Part shown: positions 41,992-50,209 of the stretch, one piece after another
Layout: each line of letters begins with the position of its first letter
Position numbering within the stretch: position 1 is the first letter of the stretch
NCBI GenBank assembly: GCA_963677925.2
Contig: CAXXYH010000003.1
Coordinates: 480,001 to 544,000 of the forward strand
Direction of reading: 5' to 3'
DNA from: Spirochaetia bacterium
GTDB lineage: Bacteria > Spirochaetota > Spirochaetia > UBA9216
DNA: 64,000 nt
Translations under genes and position numbers: made by a program
The notes under the pieces: model-generated
What the model saw: the letters and a program-made list of their open reading frames with translations, nothing else
Told to the model about the DNA's origin: nothing
The model's database searches: none

Positions 41992-42010
41992 AAAAACTCC
42001 TGTTTTAAAG

Positions 42011-42041
42011 ATTTATTAGTTAAATGTTTTAACTAATAAAT
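42011..42041. promoter_or_regulatory. Perfect 14-bp inverted repeat, probable ROK operator
   Basis: ATTTATTAGTTAAA-tgt-TTTAACTAATAAAT overlapping the -10 and predicted transcription start. Confidence 0.75.
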
Positions 42042-42068
42042 GCTAACACGAGCTAATATTATTGTCAA
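42040..42068 (-). promoter_or_regulatory. Sigma70 promoter of the GATase-ROK operon
   Basis: TTGACA-17 nt-TAGCAT with extended TG. Confidence 0.7.
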
Positions 42069-42147
42069 TTTTTTAAATTAAAAGAATATTCTTGAATCTT
42101 TGAACAAGTAAGGTTAATTATTTAGTTAAAGGTTTTTACATAAATGG

Positions 42148-43056
42148 TCAATTATAATATTCAATTTCTCGTACAACTGTTGATTCAGGTATAAGGTAAT
42201 TTGAATAAGTGCCGGGCTCTTCCCTGCCGATGATCTTTATAAGCCAGTTATCCTTTTCATCGTATGTATATCCGTAAGCATATACAGCATAAACTATCCC
42301 CCTGTTGTCAGTAAATTCCTTCTTTACAGCCAGATCACGGCTGTTGTATTCGGTAGCAACACTGACTACAAGTACTCCGTCAGGATCATATTTTGTTTCT
42401 TCAACAACCCGGCTTAATTCATCATATTTGCGCTCATCACGCCATAGAAGTTTACTATCCATCCCGAAACCTTCTGTAGCAGTCAACCTGTTCCTGTTGT
42501 CATACTCAAACATGCGGCTGTAAACAAGAATCCACTTCCAGTAACGGTCATATTTACTTGTCAGTACTATTTTCCCATTGCTGTTATAGCTGTTTTTATA
42601 GCGCCAGCCGTAGTTTCCTGTTGAATATATCTTTTCAGCTTCAAGTATTCTGCCGTCAGGTGAATAGGTAAACATCTCACGATCCGGATTTCGAACTTCG
42701 GGGTGCTTTTGTAGTTTCAGGCTGAGGTTTCCGTCGGTATAATCGTATTCAATGGAATTGGCGGAACTGCCGTCCGCATTGAAGTATGCTTCGGACAATA
42801 GATAACCATCTTCGTCATAACTCAAAATCAGGGTGTATTCGAGTTCCTTCGAACTTAGGCCGCCCCCGGCTTTAATACTGAAAGCCTTTTCAGTAACCTG
42901 CTGTACACGGCCTTTAAGCGGCGCTGTCGGAAAGACATTATCAGGCCACTGGTCCGGGTACATAAGACCGCCGGTGATATCCTGTGCCGAAGAGAACACT
43001 AATGATAAAAGAAAAAAAGCCGGTATAAGTATGCACATCCGGAACCTGAACTTCAT
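42148..43056 (-). CDS. Secreted hypothetical protein with YD/RHS-like beta repeats
   Basis: Signal peptide; LKGRVQQVTE; repeated YDEDGYL/YDNRNRL/YDELSRV/YDEKDNW units. Confidence 0.7.
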   Translation of the reverse strand: MKFRFRMCILIPAFFLLSLVFSSAQDITGGLMYPDQWPDNVFPTAPLKGRVQQVTEKAFSIKAGGGLSSKELEYTLILSYDEDGYLLSEAYFNADGSSANSIEYDYTDGNLSLKLQKHPEVRNPDREMFTYSPDGRILEAEKIYSTGNYGWRYKNSYNSNGKIVLTSKYDRYWKWILVYSRMFEYDNRNRLTATEGFGMDSKLLWRDERKYDELSRVVEETKYDPDGVLVVSVATEYNSRDLAVKKEFTDNRGIVYAVYAYGYTYDEKDNWLIKIIGREEPGTYSNYLIPESTVVREIEYYN

Positions 43057-43138
43057 TGCTGTATTTTAATAATACTTAATTCGTTTGTATATCCCCCCTG
43101 TGATTGATTCGGGGGCGTTTTCCTGCTATGTTCATGCT

Positions 43139-44341
43139 ATGGAACTTCTTTCTCCGGCAGGAAATATTGAAAAGCTGAAATATGCATACCTTTACGGAGC
43201 CGATGCAGTTTATATCGGCGTCAAGAACTTTTCACTGCGGCAGAAGGCTGATAATTTCAGCAGCCGCGAGTATGAAACAATTAAAAAGATTAAAGGAGAC
43301 CGTAAACTTTACGGTGCTCTCAACATATACTTTCATGAACATGACCTTGATACTCTGGAAAGAGAGATCGATTATCTGAATGAGTACCCCTTTGATGCTT
43401 TTATTATAAGCGACATAGGTGCCGTTCCCGTCCTAAAAAAGCATTTCCCGAATACTGAACTGCACCTGAGTACGCAGGCCAATTGTGTTAACTCTGAAGC
43501 TGTAAAATTCTACCGTGATATGGGTTTTACCAGGATTGTCCTTGGGCGCGAGGTTTCACTTAAAGAAATTGAACGTATTAAGAACAAGGTTCCTGAGGTT
43601 GAAATTGAGTGCTTCATTCACGGTGCTATGTGCCTGGCCTATTCCGGCAGATGTTTTTTAAGCGCATGGATGGCGGATAGAAGCGGAAATAAGGGCCACT
43701 GTTCACATTCATGCAGGTGGGAATATAGGGTACTGGAAGAGGCAGAAAGACCCGGAGAATACTATCCGATTTATGAAGGCGACGGCTTCACGAGTATTCT
43801 CAGCTCACGTGATATCTGTATGATCAACCACCTCGATGATCTCAGGAATGCCGGAGTTGATTCACTGAAGATTGAAGGCAGAATGAAATCGGTTTACTAT
43901 ACTGCTGTTGTAACCCGTGCATACAGGAAGGCAATAGACAGACTTGAAGGCACATTCACCGGCGATACGGACGGATATATTGAAGAGCTTGAAAAAGTCA
44001 GTCACCGTGAGTTTTCAACCGGTTTTTACTACGGTAAGGAAGAAATTGAAAAACCAACCGAAAAATCATATCTGCGGCAGTATATCTTCCTGGGAACAAT
44101 CGGAAAAAATGCAGGTGAAGGAAGATGGAGCATTGATGTTAAAAACCAGATCATTCCCGGAGAAGAGCTGGAATACATAGGCCCTGATATTCTTTTTACA
44201 ACTGACGATTCTTACAGAATTACAGATGAAGAAGGTAATGATGTAAGCCAGGCTGACCATGGAAAAACCTACTTCCTCCATACATCAGCCCAGGTTTCGG
44301 AAGGATTCATAATACGCCGGAAAGCGCCTAATCCATATTAA
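43139..44341 (+). CDS. Peptidase U32 family protein (TrhP-like tRNA hydroxylation)
   Basis: MELLSPAG, HLSTQAN, HGAMCLAYSGRC, CSHSCRW, SLKIEGRMK. Start moved to 43139. Confidence 0.9.
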   Translation: MELLSPAGNIEKLKYAYLYGADAVYIGVKNFSLRQKADNFSSREYETIKKIKGDRKLYGALNIYFHEHDLDTLEREIDYLNEYPFDAFIISDIGAVPVLKKHFPNTELHLSTQANCVNSEAVKFYRDMGFTRIVLGREVSLKEIERIKNKVPEVEIECFIHGAMCLAYSGRCFLSAWMADRSGNKGHCSHSCRWEYRVLEEAERPGEYYPIYEGDGFTSILSSRDICMINHLDDLRNAGVDSLKIEGRMKSVYYTAVVTRAYRKAIDRLEGTFTGDTDGYIEELEKVSHREFSTGFYYGKEEIEKPTEKSYLRQYIFLGTIGKNAGEGRWSIDVKNQIIPGEELEYIGPDILFTTDDSYRITDEEGNDVSQADHGKTYFLHTSAQVSEGFIIRRKAPNPY

Positions 44342-44356
44342 AGTGCAGATATGCAC

Positions 44357-44875
44357 TTATAGTGCATATACCTCCCTGGCTGGAATGATAGTTACCAGCT
44401 TATCCTCCCGTCCTCTCAGCAGCGTTTTGAGATGTTCCTTTCTTGCCCGGTTTTCCAGAGAACCTTCAAGTACTGTTCTTGTTATGCCGTCAAGAAACTC
44501 ACGCTGCTCCATAGTAAAGAGGTAGCCTTCTTTCTGAAGAATTTCGACAAGATCTTCATTACTGGTAAATGAAATACGTGCATAATACTGCCGCTGGCCT
44601 ATGACCTTCACATTCATCAGGTCCCTGATTTTGAGAACTATCAGGCCTCCTAGAGAAGAACCGAGCCCAAGAAAAACCAGCAGAGCCGGTTTATCGTTTA
44701 TAAAATTAACAACCATGGCAATCACAGTCACACCGATTATACTTTCAACAAAATTAATTCCGAAAACACCGGCCATTTTACCTCTGTTGAAAAGTTCTAT
44801 TTTCATATTGAAAACAAGATCCTGAAGAATCCTTGCGGCAAAAACAATAATTCCTGAAATTAATAAACTCTGCAT
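44357..44875 (-). CDS. Membrane protein, DUF5698/UPF0316-like
   Basis: Three N-terminal TM segments (IVFAARIL...FVESII...GLGSSLG) plus a soluble C-terminus. Confidence 0.6.
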   Translation of the reverse strand: MQSLLISGIIVFAARILQDLVFNMKIELFNRGKMAGVFGINFVESIIGVTVIAMVVNFINDKPALLVFLGLGSSLGGLIVLKIRDLMNVKVIGQRQYYARISFTSNEDLVEILQKEGYLFTMEQREFLDGITRTVLEGSLENRARKEHLKTLLRGREDKLVTIIPAREVYAL

Positions 44876-44980
44876 AAATAAACTCCTGATTTAATAATAG
44901 TAATTTTAATAAGATTAATCATATTTACTCTAATAAATAAGTCAGTCCGCCGACAATAATATGATGAGGAGATGATTAGT

Positions 44981-45127
44981 ATGAATGATGCTATTACGGA
45001 ACTGATTTTTTTTCTTGAAACTTCCATTATGAAAACAAAGGATCCGATTGAAGCTGTTGAACTACAGAACCTTCTTGAAGCAGCGAGGACAATCCAGCAG
45101 CACCGAAAGCAGAGCTGCCGGATCTGA
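44981..45127 (+). CDS. Small 48-aa hypothetical protein (absent from the ORF track)
   Basis: GAGGAG SD, then MNDAITELIFFLETSIMKTKDPIEAVELQNLLEAARTIQQHRKQSCRI*; fills the intergenic gap. Confidence 0.55.
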   Translation: MNDAITELIFFLETSIMKTKDPIEAVELQNLLEAARTIQQHRKQSCRI

Positions 45128-45144
45128 TACCCGCTGTTTATCTG

Positions 45145-46980
45145 CTATTCCGGAACTATTCTAACAGCTCCGATGTCTGCAGATGAAGCAAATAACGAGT
45201 AGGCCCGCAGTGCAGCTGATACTTTCCGGTCTCTTGATACCGGAGTAAAAGCCTTATCGCCCCGGGCTTCTTCAGCCTTTCTTCTTTCAGCCAGTTCACT
45301 TTCAGAAACCTCAAGCTGAATTTTTCTTGCAGGAATATCAATTGATATCTTATCGCCGCTTTTAATTAGCCCGATAGCTCCGCCGGCGGCCGCTTCAGGA
45401 GAGACATGTCCGATAGACAGTCCCGATGTTCCGCCTGAGAACCGTCCGTCAGTAAGAAGAGCACATTTTTTATCTATCTTCCGGGATTTTAAGTAGGTGG
45501 TCGGATAAAGCATTTCCTGCATTCCGGGCCCGCCCTTGGGACCTTCATATCTAATGATTACAACATCACCTTCATTTACTGCTCCGTCAAGTATTCCGTC
45601 ACAGGCATCTTCCTGGCTTTCAAAAACTCTCGCAGTTCCTTCAAATTGAAAAATTGAAGAATCTACACCGGCTGTTTTAACAATACAGCCCTTTTCTGCA
45701 ATGTTGCCGAAAAGAACCGCAAGCCCTCCGTCCGGGTAGTAGCAGTTTTCAACACTTCTTATGCATCCGCCGGCTCTGTCCTTATCAAGTTCTTCGTATC
45801 TTGAGTCCTGTGAACCAAGCACAAGGTTTCTTCCCTTTCTTGCCGGCGCACAGTGATAAACCTCTTCGGTCTCAGCAGTACATGTTGGACGCATTATATC
45901 ACAGGCATCAAGTGCATCCCCGAGTGTCGGGTAGTCAAGCCGCTTTACATCGCGGTTCAGCAGCCCTGCCCTGTCGAGTTCGCCGAGAATTCCAAGGATT
46001 CCACCGGCACGGTTGACGTCCTGAATGTGGTAGCTTGAGTTCGGCGCTACTTTTGAAACACATGGAATGCGTCTTGAAAGTGCATCGATATCCTTCATCT
46101 TGAAATCAACTCCGGCTTCAGTGGCAACAGCAAGCAGATGAAGTACAGTATTAGTTGAACCGCCCATTGCAATATCAAGAGACATGGCGTTCATGAAAAC
46201 TTCTTTGGTGAGCATATTAAGCGGAAGAACGCTTTCATCACCGTCACCGTAGTATCGGTATGCAAGATCGACAATCAGATCAGCCGCTTTTTCAAAAAGT
46301 TTGATTCTGTTTTTATGTGTTGCTACAATTGTTCCGTTTCCCGGAAGTGCAAGACCTAGAGCCTCGTTAAGACAGTTCATGGAATTTGCTGTAAACATAC
46401 CCGCACAGGAACCGCAGGTCGGACAGCTGTTAATTTCCATATCCATCAAATCTTCATCACTAACTGAAGGATCCCCGCCCTTTATCATAACATCGATCAA
46501 GTCGGTATCCCGTCCCTGAACATGCCCCGCTTCCATAGGTCCGCCGGAAACAAAGATGACCGGAATATTCAGTCTCATCGCACCGATCATCATGCCCGGG
46601 GTAATCTTGTCGCAGTTGCTTATACAAACCAAAGCATCTACCCTGTGGGCATTGCACATATATTCGACACTGTCAGCAATCAGCTCTCTTGAAGGTAGAG
46701 AATACAGCATTCCTGTATGCCCCATGGCTATACCATCATCGATCGCTATTGTATTGAATTCAGCCGCAAAGCATCCCTTTGCCTCTACAAGTTTCTTAAC
46801 ATGCTGTCCAATCTCATGAAGATGAACATGGCCGGGAACCATCTGAGTAAAAGAGTTGGCAATACCGATTACAGGTTTTCCAAAATGTTCCGGCTTCATG
46901 CCGTTTGCACGCCAGAGGCTTCTGGCTCCAGCCATTCTTCGTCCCTGTGTAGTATCGTCACTTCTCAGAGGTATTTTCAT
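45145..46980 (-). CDS. ilvD: Dihydroxy-acid dehydratase
   Basis: [45 protein letters not shown]. Confidence 0.98.
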   Translation of the reverse strand: MKIPLRSDDTTQGRRMAGARSLWRANGMKPEHFGKPVIGIANSFTQMVPGHVHLHEIGQHVKKLVEAKGCFAAEFNTIAIDDGIAMGHTGMLYSLPSRELIADSVEYMCNAHRVDALVCISNCDKITPGMMIGAMRLNIPVIFVSGGPMEAGHVQGRDTDLIDVMIKGGDPSVSDEDLMDMEINSCPTCGSCAGMFTANSMNCLNEALGLALPGNGTIVATHKNRIKLFEKAADLIVDLAYRYYGDGDESVLPLNMLTKEVFMNAMSLDIAMGGSTNTVLHLLAVATEAGVDFKMKDIDALSRRIPCVSKVAPNSSYHIQDVNRAGGILGILGELDRAGLLNRDVKRLDYPTLGDALDACDIMRPTCTAETEEVYHCAPARKGRNLVLGSQDSRYEELDKDRAGGCIRSVENCYYPDGGLAVLFGNIAEKGCIVKTAGVDSSIFQFEGTARVFESQEDACDGILDGAVNEGDVVIIRYEGPKGGPGMQEMLYPTTYLKSRKIDKKCALLTDGRFSGGTSGLSIGHVSPEAAAGGAIGLIKSGDKISIDIPARKIQLEVSESELAERRKAEEARGDKAFTPVSRDRKVSAALRAYSLFASSADIGAVRIVPE

Positions 46981-47064
46981 ATGCAGCTCCTTATTTACTG
47001 TTTAACAGTTTTGATCAGAATAATGATTTTTACGTTTTTTTTCAATAATAAACGGGGTTTTGGA

Positions 47065-47973
47065 CTATGAAATGAGGCCGCATTGAGACAGCCGTATCCC
47101 CGACTGCAGGTAATCTTCTTCGCAGCTTTTCAGAACTGAACGTGAATATGCTTCAAGCCAGTGAATATCAGCAAAACCGGAGCCGGAATCGGATAGTTCC
47201 TCAGATATTTTACTCAACTGCTGAATAGCCCTGCCCATTTCTCTATACAGCATTGAAATATTCTTCCCCTCCGGTGTAATACAGCGTACCCCTGCGGCGT
47301 CTATCGAGATAAGATATCGAAGCTCTGAGGAAAGCAGTGCAATTTTTTTACGTCCGTCTTCAAAATTTTTGAAAGACTGAATGTAACCAGCCGGAACCTC
47401 TTTTCCGGAGAAACCAAGTGAACATCTGCTGCAAAATTGTTCAAAGGGACTCATAACACAATCATTTTTTAGAATCCTCAGCGCAATATCATATTCACCT
47501 ATAATTCCAGCTACAGCCGCATGGTATTCAGGATGCTCTGATGCCTCTGATTCAAGGAGATAAAATGATGATATGTTCTCACAGAGAGCTGTGATATCTT
47601 CAAGTACATCATCCATAAACCGCTTAAAACCTGTAGCTTCAGGATTGATAGTTAGAATATTCTCTTCTTTCCGGAACATCCGGCGGTAACCGGGGATTCT
47701 TAAAAGTCTTCCAAGATCTGAAGCTCCCGGAAACATAAGTGAAAAGGATATCCCCTGCTTATCCAAAAGCTTTACAAGATGCCCCAGAACTTCTTCCGGC
47801 AGAGTACCGCAGGACAGCAGTCTGGATTCAAATGTCCATGGGAAATTATCCAGAAGCCTGATAATAATTTCTGAAATACCATGACTCGAAAGTTCCGAAG
47901 GGAGAAGCAGCAGCCTTTCTGCGGCAGGAGGCTGAAAATCCAGATTTAATACTTGATTCATTTCATTATTCAT
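47065..47973 (-). CDS. Hypothetical protein resembling a degenerate GH20 (HexD/GcnA-like) domain
   Basis: DNFPW...PEEVLGHLVKLLDKQGISFS...GRLLRIPGY...INP pattern; no HxGxDE. Start moved to 47973 because the track start abuts the divergent gene. Confidence 0.55.
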   Translation of the reverse strand: MNNEMNQVLNLDFQPPAAERLLLLPSELSSHGISEIIIRLLDNFPWTFESRLLSCGTLPEEVLGHLVKLLDKQGISFSLMFPGASDLGRLLRIPGYRRMFRKEENILTINPEATGFKRFMDDVLEDITALCENISSFYLLESEASEHPEYHAAVAGIIGEYDIALRILKNDCVMSPFEQFCSRCSLGFSGKEVPAGYIQSFKNFEDGRKKIALLSSELRYLISIDAAGVRCITPEGKNISMLYREMGRAIQQLSKISEELSDSGSGFADIHWLEAYSRSVLKSCEEDYLQSGIRLSQCGLIS

Positions 47974-48051
47974 CCAGCTTTCAAAATACCAGATCAATTT
48001 TAAGGTGTAAAGGATCTGTTCAATAAACAATGAATCAGGTAAAATCAGCAC

Positions 48052-49389
48052 ATGGAAAAGATTGCAGATATACTGAAGAAGAATGCTGTTGCAGTACCGG
48101 AAATACTCCTGCCTGCAGCTGGAACAGACATGACTAAATGGGCAGTTGTAGCCTGTGACCAGTACACCTCCCAGAAGGAATACTGGACTGGCCTGAAGGA
48201 TTTGATTGCTGACGCACCTTCAACTCTGAACTGTATATTTCCCGAATGCTACCTTGAAGACGGCGATGAGGCTGAACGCATTAAAAGCATCAATTCACAC
48301 ATGAATAACTACATAGACTCAGGAGTTCTTGGAGAACCTGTTCCCGGCTTTATTCTGGTAAAAAGAGAAACACCTTCGTCAGCTCCAAGATGGGGATTGA
48401 TGGTCTCACTTGATCTTGAAATGTATGATTTCAGCGTCGGTTCGGTCAGTGCCATCAGAGCTACCGAAGGAACAATACTTGAACGCATACCGCCAAGGGT
48501 CAGGATTCGTGAAAATGCACCGATTGAACTTCCGCATATCATGGTTTTAATCGATGATCCTGAAAAAAGCCTCATTGAACCTCTTTCTGCTGATACCGAA
48601 TCTCTTGAGAAGGTGTACGATTTCGAACTTAATAATAAAAGCGGACATCTTACAGGATACCGGATAAACAGCCAGGAAAAACTGGAACAGATCGCAGCAG
48701 CATTCGAAAAGCTCGGTTCCGCAGATACAGCAAAGAAGATGTACGGAACAGAAAACAGGCTGCTTTTTGCCATGGGTGACGGAAACCACTCTCTGGCAAC
48801 AGCTAAAACAATCTGGGAAGACTATAAAAAGAATAATGCCTCAGATCCGCAGCTTATGAGCAACCCTGCAAGGTGGGCCCTTGTTGAAATTGAGAATATC
48901 TACTGCGAAGGAATTGAATTTGAAGCCATCCACAGGATTCTTTTCGGTCTTGATTATGATAATTTTGTAAGTGCCGCAACAACTGATGGCAGCTTCAGTG
49001 TTACAGCAGCGTCTGATTTTAATGAAGCGCTCAGCCTTATGACTGAAAATGCTGAAGTCCAGCGCTGCGCTTTTGTGACTGATAAAGGTGCCGGTGTAAT
49101 TACTGCCCGGAAACCGGACTCGTCAATAGCAGCAGGGACTTTTCAGAATTTTCTGGATGCATACCTTGAGAAAAACGCTGATACTAAAATTGACTATGTC
49201 CACGGTCTTGATGTAACCGAAGAAATTGGTAGTAAATCCGGAAATATGGGAATTGCTCTCCCCTCAATAGCAAAAGACAGCTTTTTCAGAACCGTAATAA
49301 ATGACGGAGCCTTTCCCAGAAAGACCTTTTCCATGGGTGAAGCTTTTGAGAAACGATTTTATGTTGAAGCAAGAAAGATTAAAAAGTAA
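48052..49389 (+). CDS. DUF1015 family protein
   Basis: KWAVVACDQYTS, IRATEGT, ELPHIM, AMGDGNHSLATAK, PRKTFSMG. Confidence 0.9.
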   Translation: MEKIADILKKNAVAVPEILLPAAGTDMTKWAVVACDQYTSQKEYWTGLKDLIADAPSTLNCIFPECYLEDGDEAERIKSINSHMNNYIDSGVLGEPVPGFILVKRETPSSAPRWGLMVSLDLEMYDFSVGSVSAIRATEGTILERIPPRVRIRENAPIELPHIMVLIDDPEKSLIEPLSADTESLEKVYDFELNNKSGHLTGYRINSQEKLEQIAAAFEKLGSADTAKKMYGTENRLLFAMGDGNHSLATAKTIWEDYKKNNASDPQLMSNPARWALVEIENIYCEGIEFEAIHRILFGLDYDNFVSAATTDGSFSVTAASDFNEALSLMTENAEVQRCAFVTDKGAGVITARKPDSSIAAGTFQNFLDAYLEKNADTKIDYVHGLDVTEEIGSKSGNMGIALPSIAKDSFFRTVINDGAFPRKTFSMGEAFEKRFYVEARKIKK

Positions 49390-49496
49390 AACATGGTTGG
49401 TTTTACTTTTTAATTTGAAGAATTTTTGCGTGTTTATATTAATTCAGATGAATAGGACAGCTCTAAGAATTTCAAAATTCTGATTTTCTTCTGGAC

Positions 49497-49570
49497 AAAA
49501 AAATTGCGAACGCGGAAGTTTGCTTCCTGCCAGAAGGACTTCCACGTTCACAGGAGAAAGTGTTGCCTAC
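49497..49570 (-). ncRNA. Candidate small RNA or structured ftsB 3' UTR ending in an intrinsic terminator
   Basis: 14-bp stem (49506-19/49538-51, G.U allowed) with inner CTTC/GAAG helix and T7 tail; upstream TGGAAA-17-TACAAT. Confidence 0.4.
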
Positions 49571-49621
49571 TCTTATTGTAGTAACTGGCGATTCATATTT
49601 CCACTGTTATTCAAAAGTTTT

Positions 49622-50065
49622 TTAAGTTTTTTTCGAAAAGGGGCTGTCGAGCAGCATCCAGGACAGGAAAAAAAACAGTATTCCAGTGATTAAGGCTGAT
49701 ATTCTGAATGCGGGGCTGTTATCCTTCTGCTTATAATCGCTGCTTAAGAGCAGGCCCATTGAATACAGACTTCGGCTGTCATTTGAATAGCCTTTAACAA
49801 GAATCATTCCCTCATCCGGGGCAAAATATCCGAGCTCTCTGGCTTTTACCTGTATCTCATCAGAATCAGTCATCAAACGCTGCGATTCTTTCTTTAACCC
49901 GGAATTTATCGAATCAAGCCGCTCAATATTATCCTCCAGCGACACCTTATATTCCTCAAGTTTCCTGTAGGAATTCATTCCATCCTGTCCGGATACAAGT
50001 ATTAGTATTAAAAACACAGCTACGGAGAGCCATACTGATATAGCCAGCCTGATTGAAGTTTTCAT
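49622..50065 (-). CDS. ftsB: Septum formation initiator (FtsB/DivIC) family protein
   Basis: TM, GQDG, coiled coil, KARELGY..PDE; second C-terminal TM. Confidence 0.8.
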   Translation of the reverse strand: MKTSIRLAISVWLSVAVFLILILVSGQDGMNSYRKLEEYKVSLEDNIERLDSINSGLKKESQRLMTDSDEIQVKARELGYFAPDEGMILVKGYSNDSRSLYSMGLLLSSDYKQKDNSPAFRISALITGILFFFLSWMLLDSPFSKKT

Positions 50066-50209
50066 ATTAGTTATTACGGATTGTTTTACATCTTTCTTAA
50101 GTCTTATCGCTTAAACCTGCTTTCTTATTTTATATATTGTGTATTATAATTTATTAATACGTTTTTCTTGCCGATAATAATTACAGCGTTTTGTATTCAG
50201 GAGTAAAGA

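Noticed and set aside
42148-43056. RHS polymorphic toxin
   Set aside because: Only 302 aa, with no RHS core DPxG motif, toxin tip or immunity gene.
49506-49551. SRP RNA (ffs), suggested by GTCC...AGGAAGCA
   Set aside because: Lacks the CAGG-GNRA-AGCA domain IV arrangement and is too short.
49560-49688. Plus-strand 42-codon ORF after AGGAG (MLPTLIVVTG...)
   Set aside because: SD spacing is very short, it overlaps the ftsB 3' end antisense, and it has no recognisable motif.
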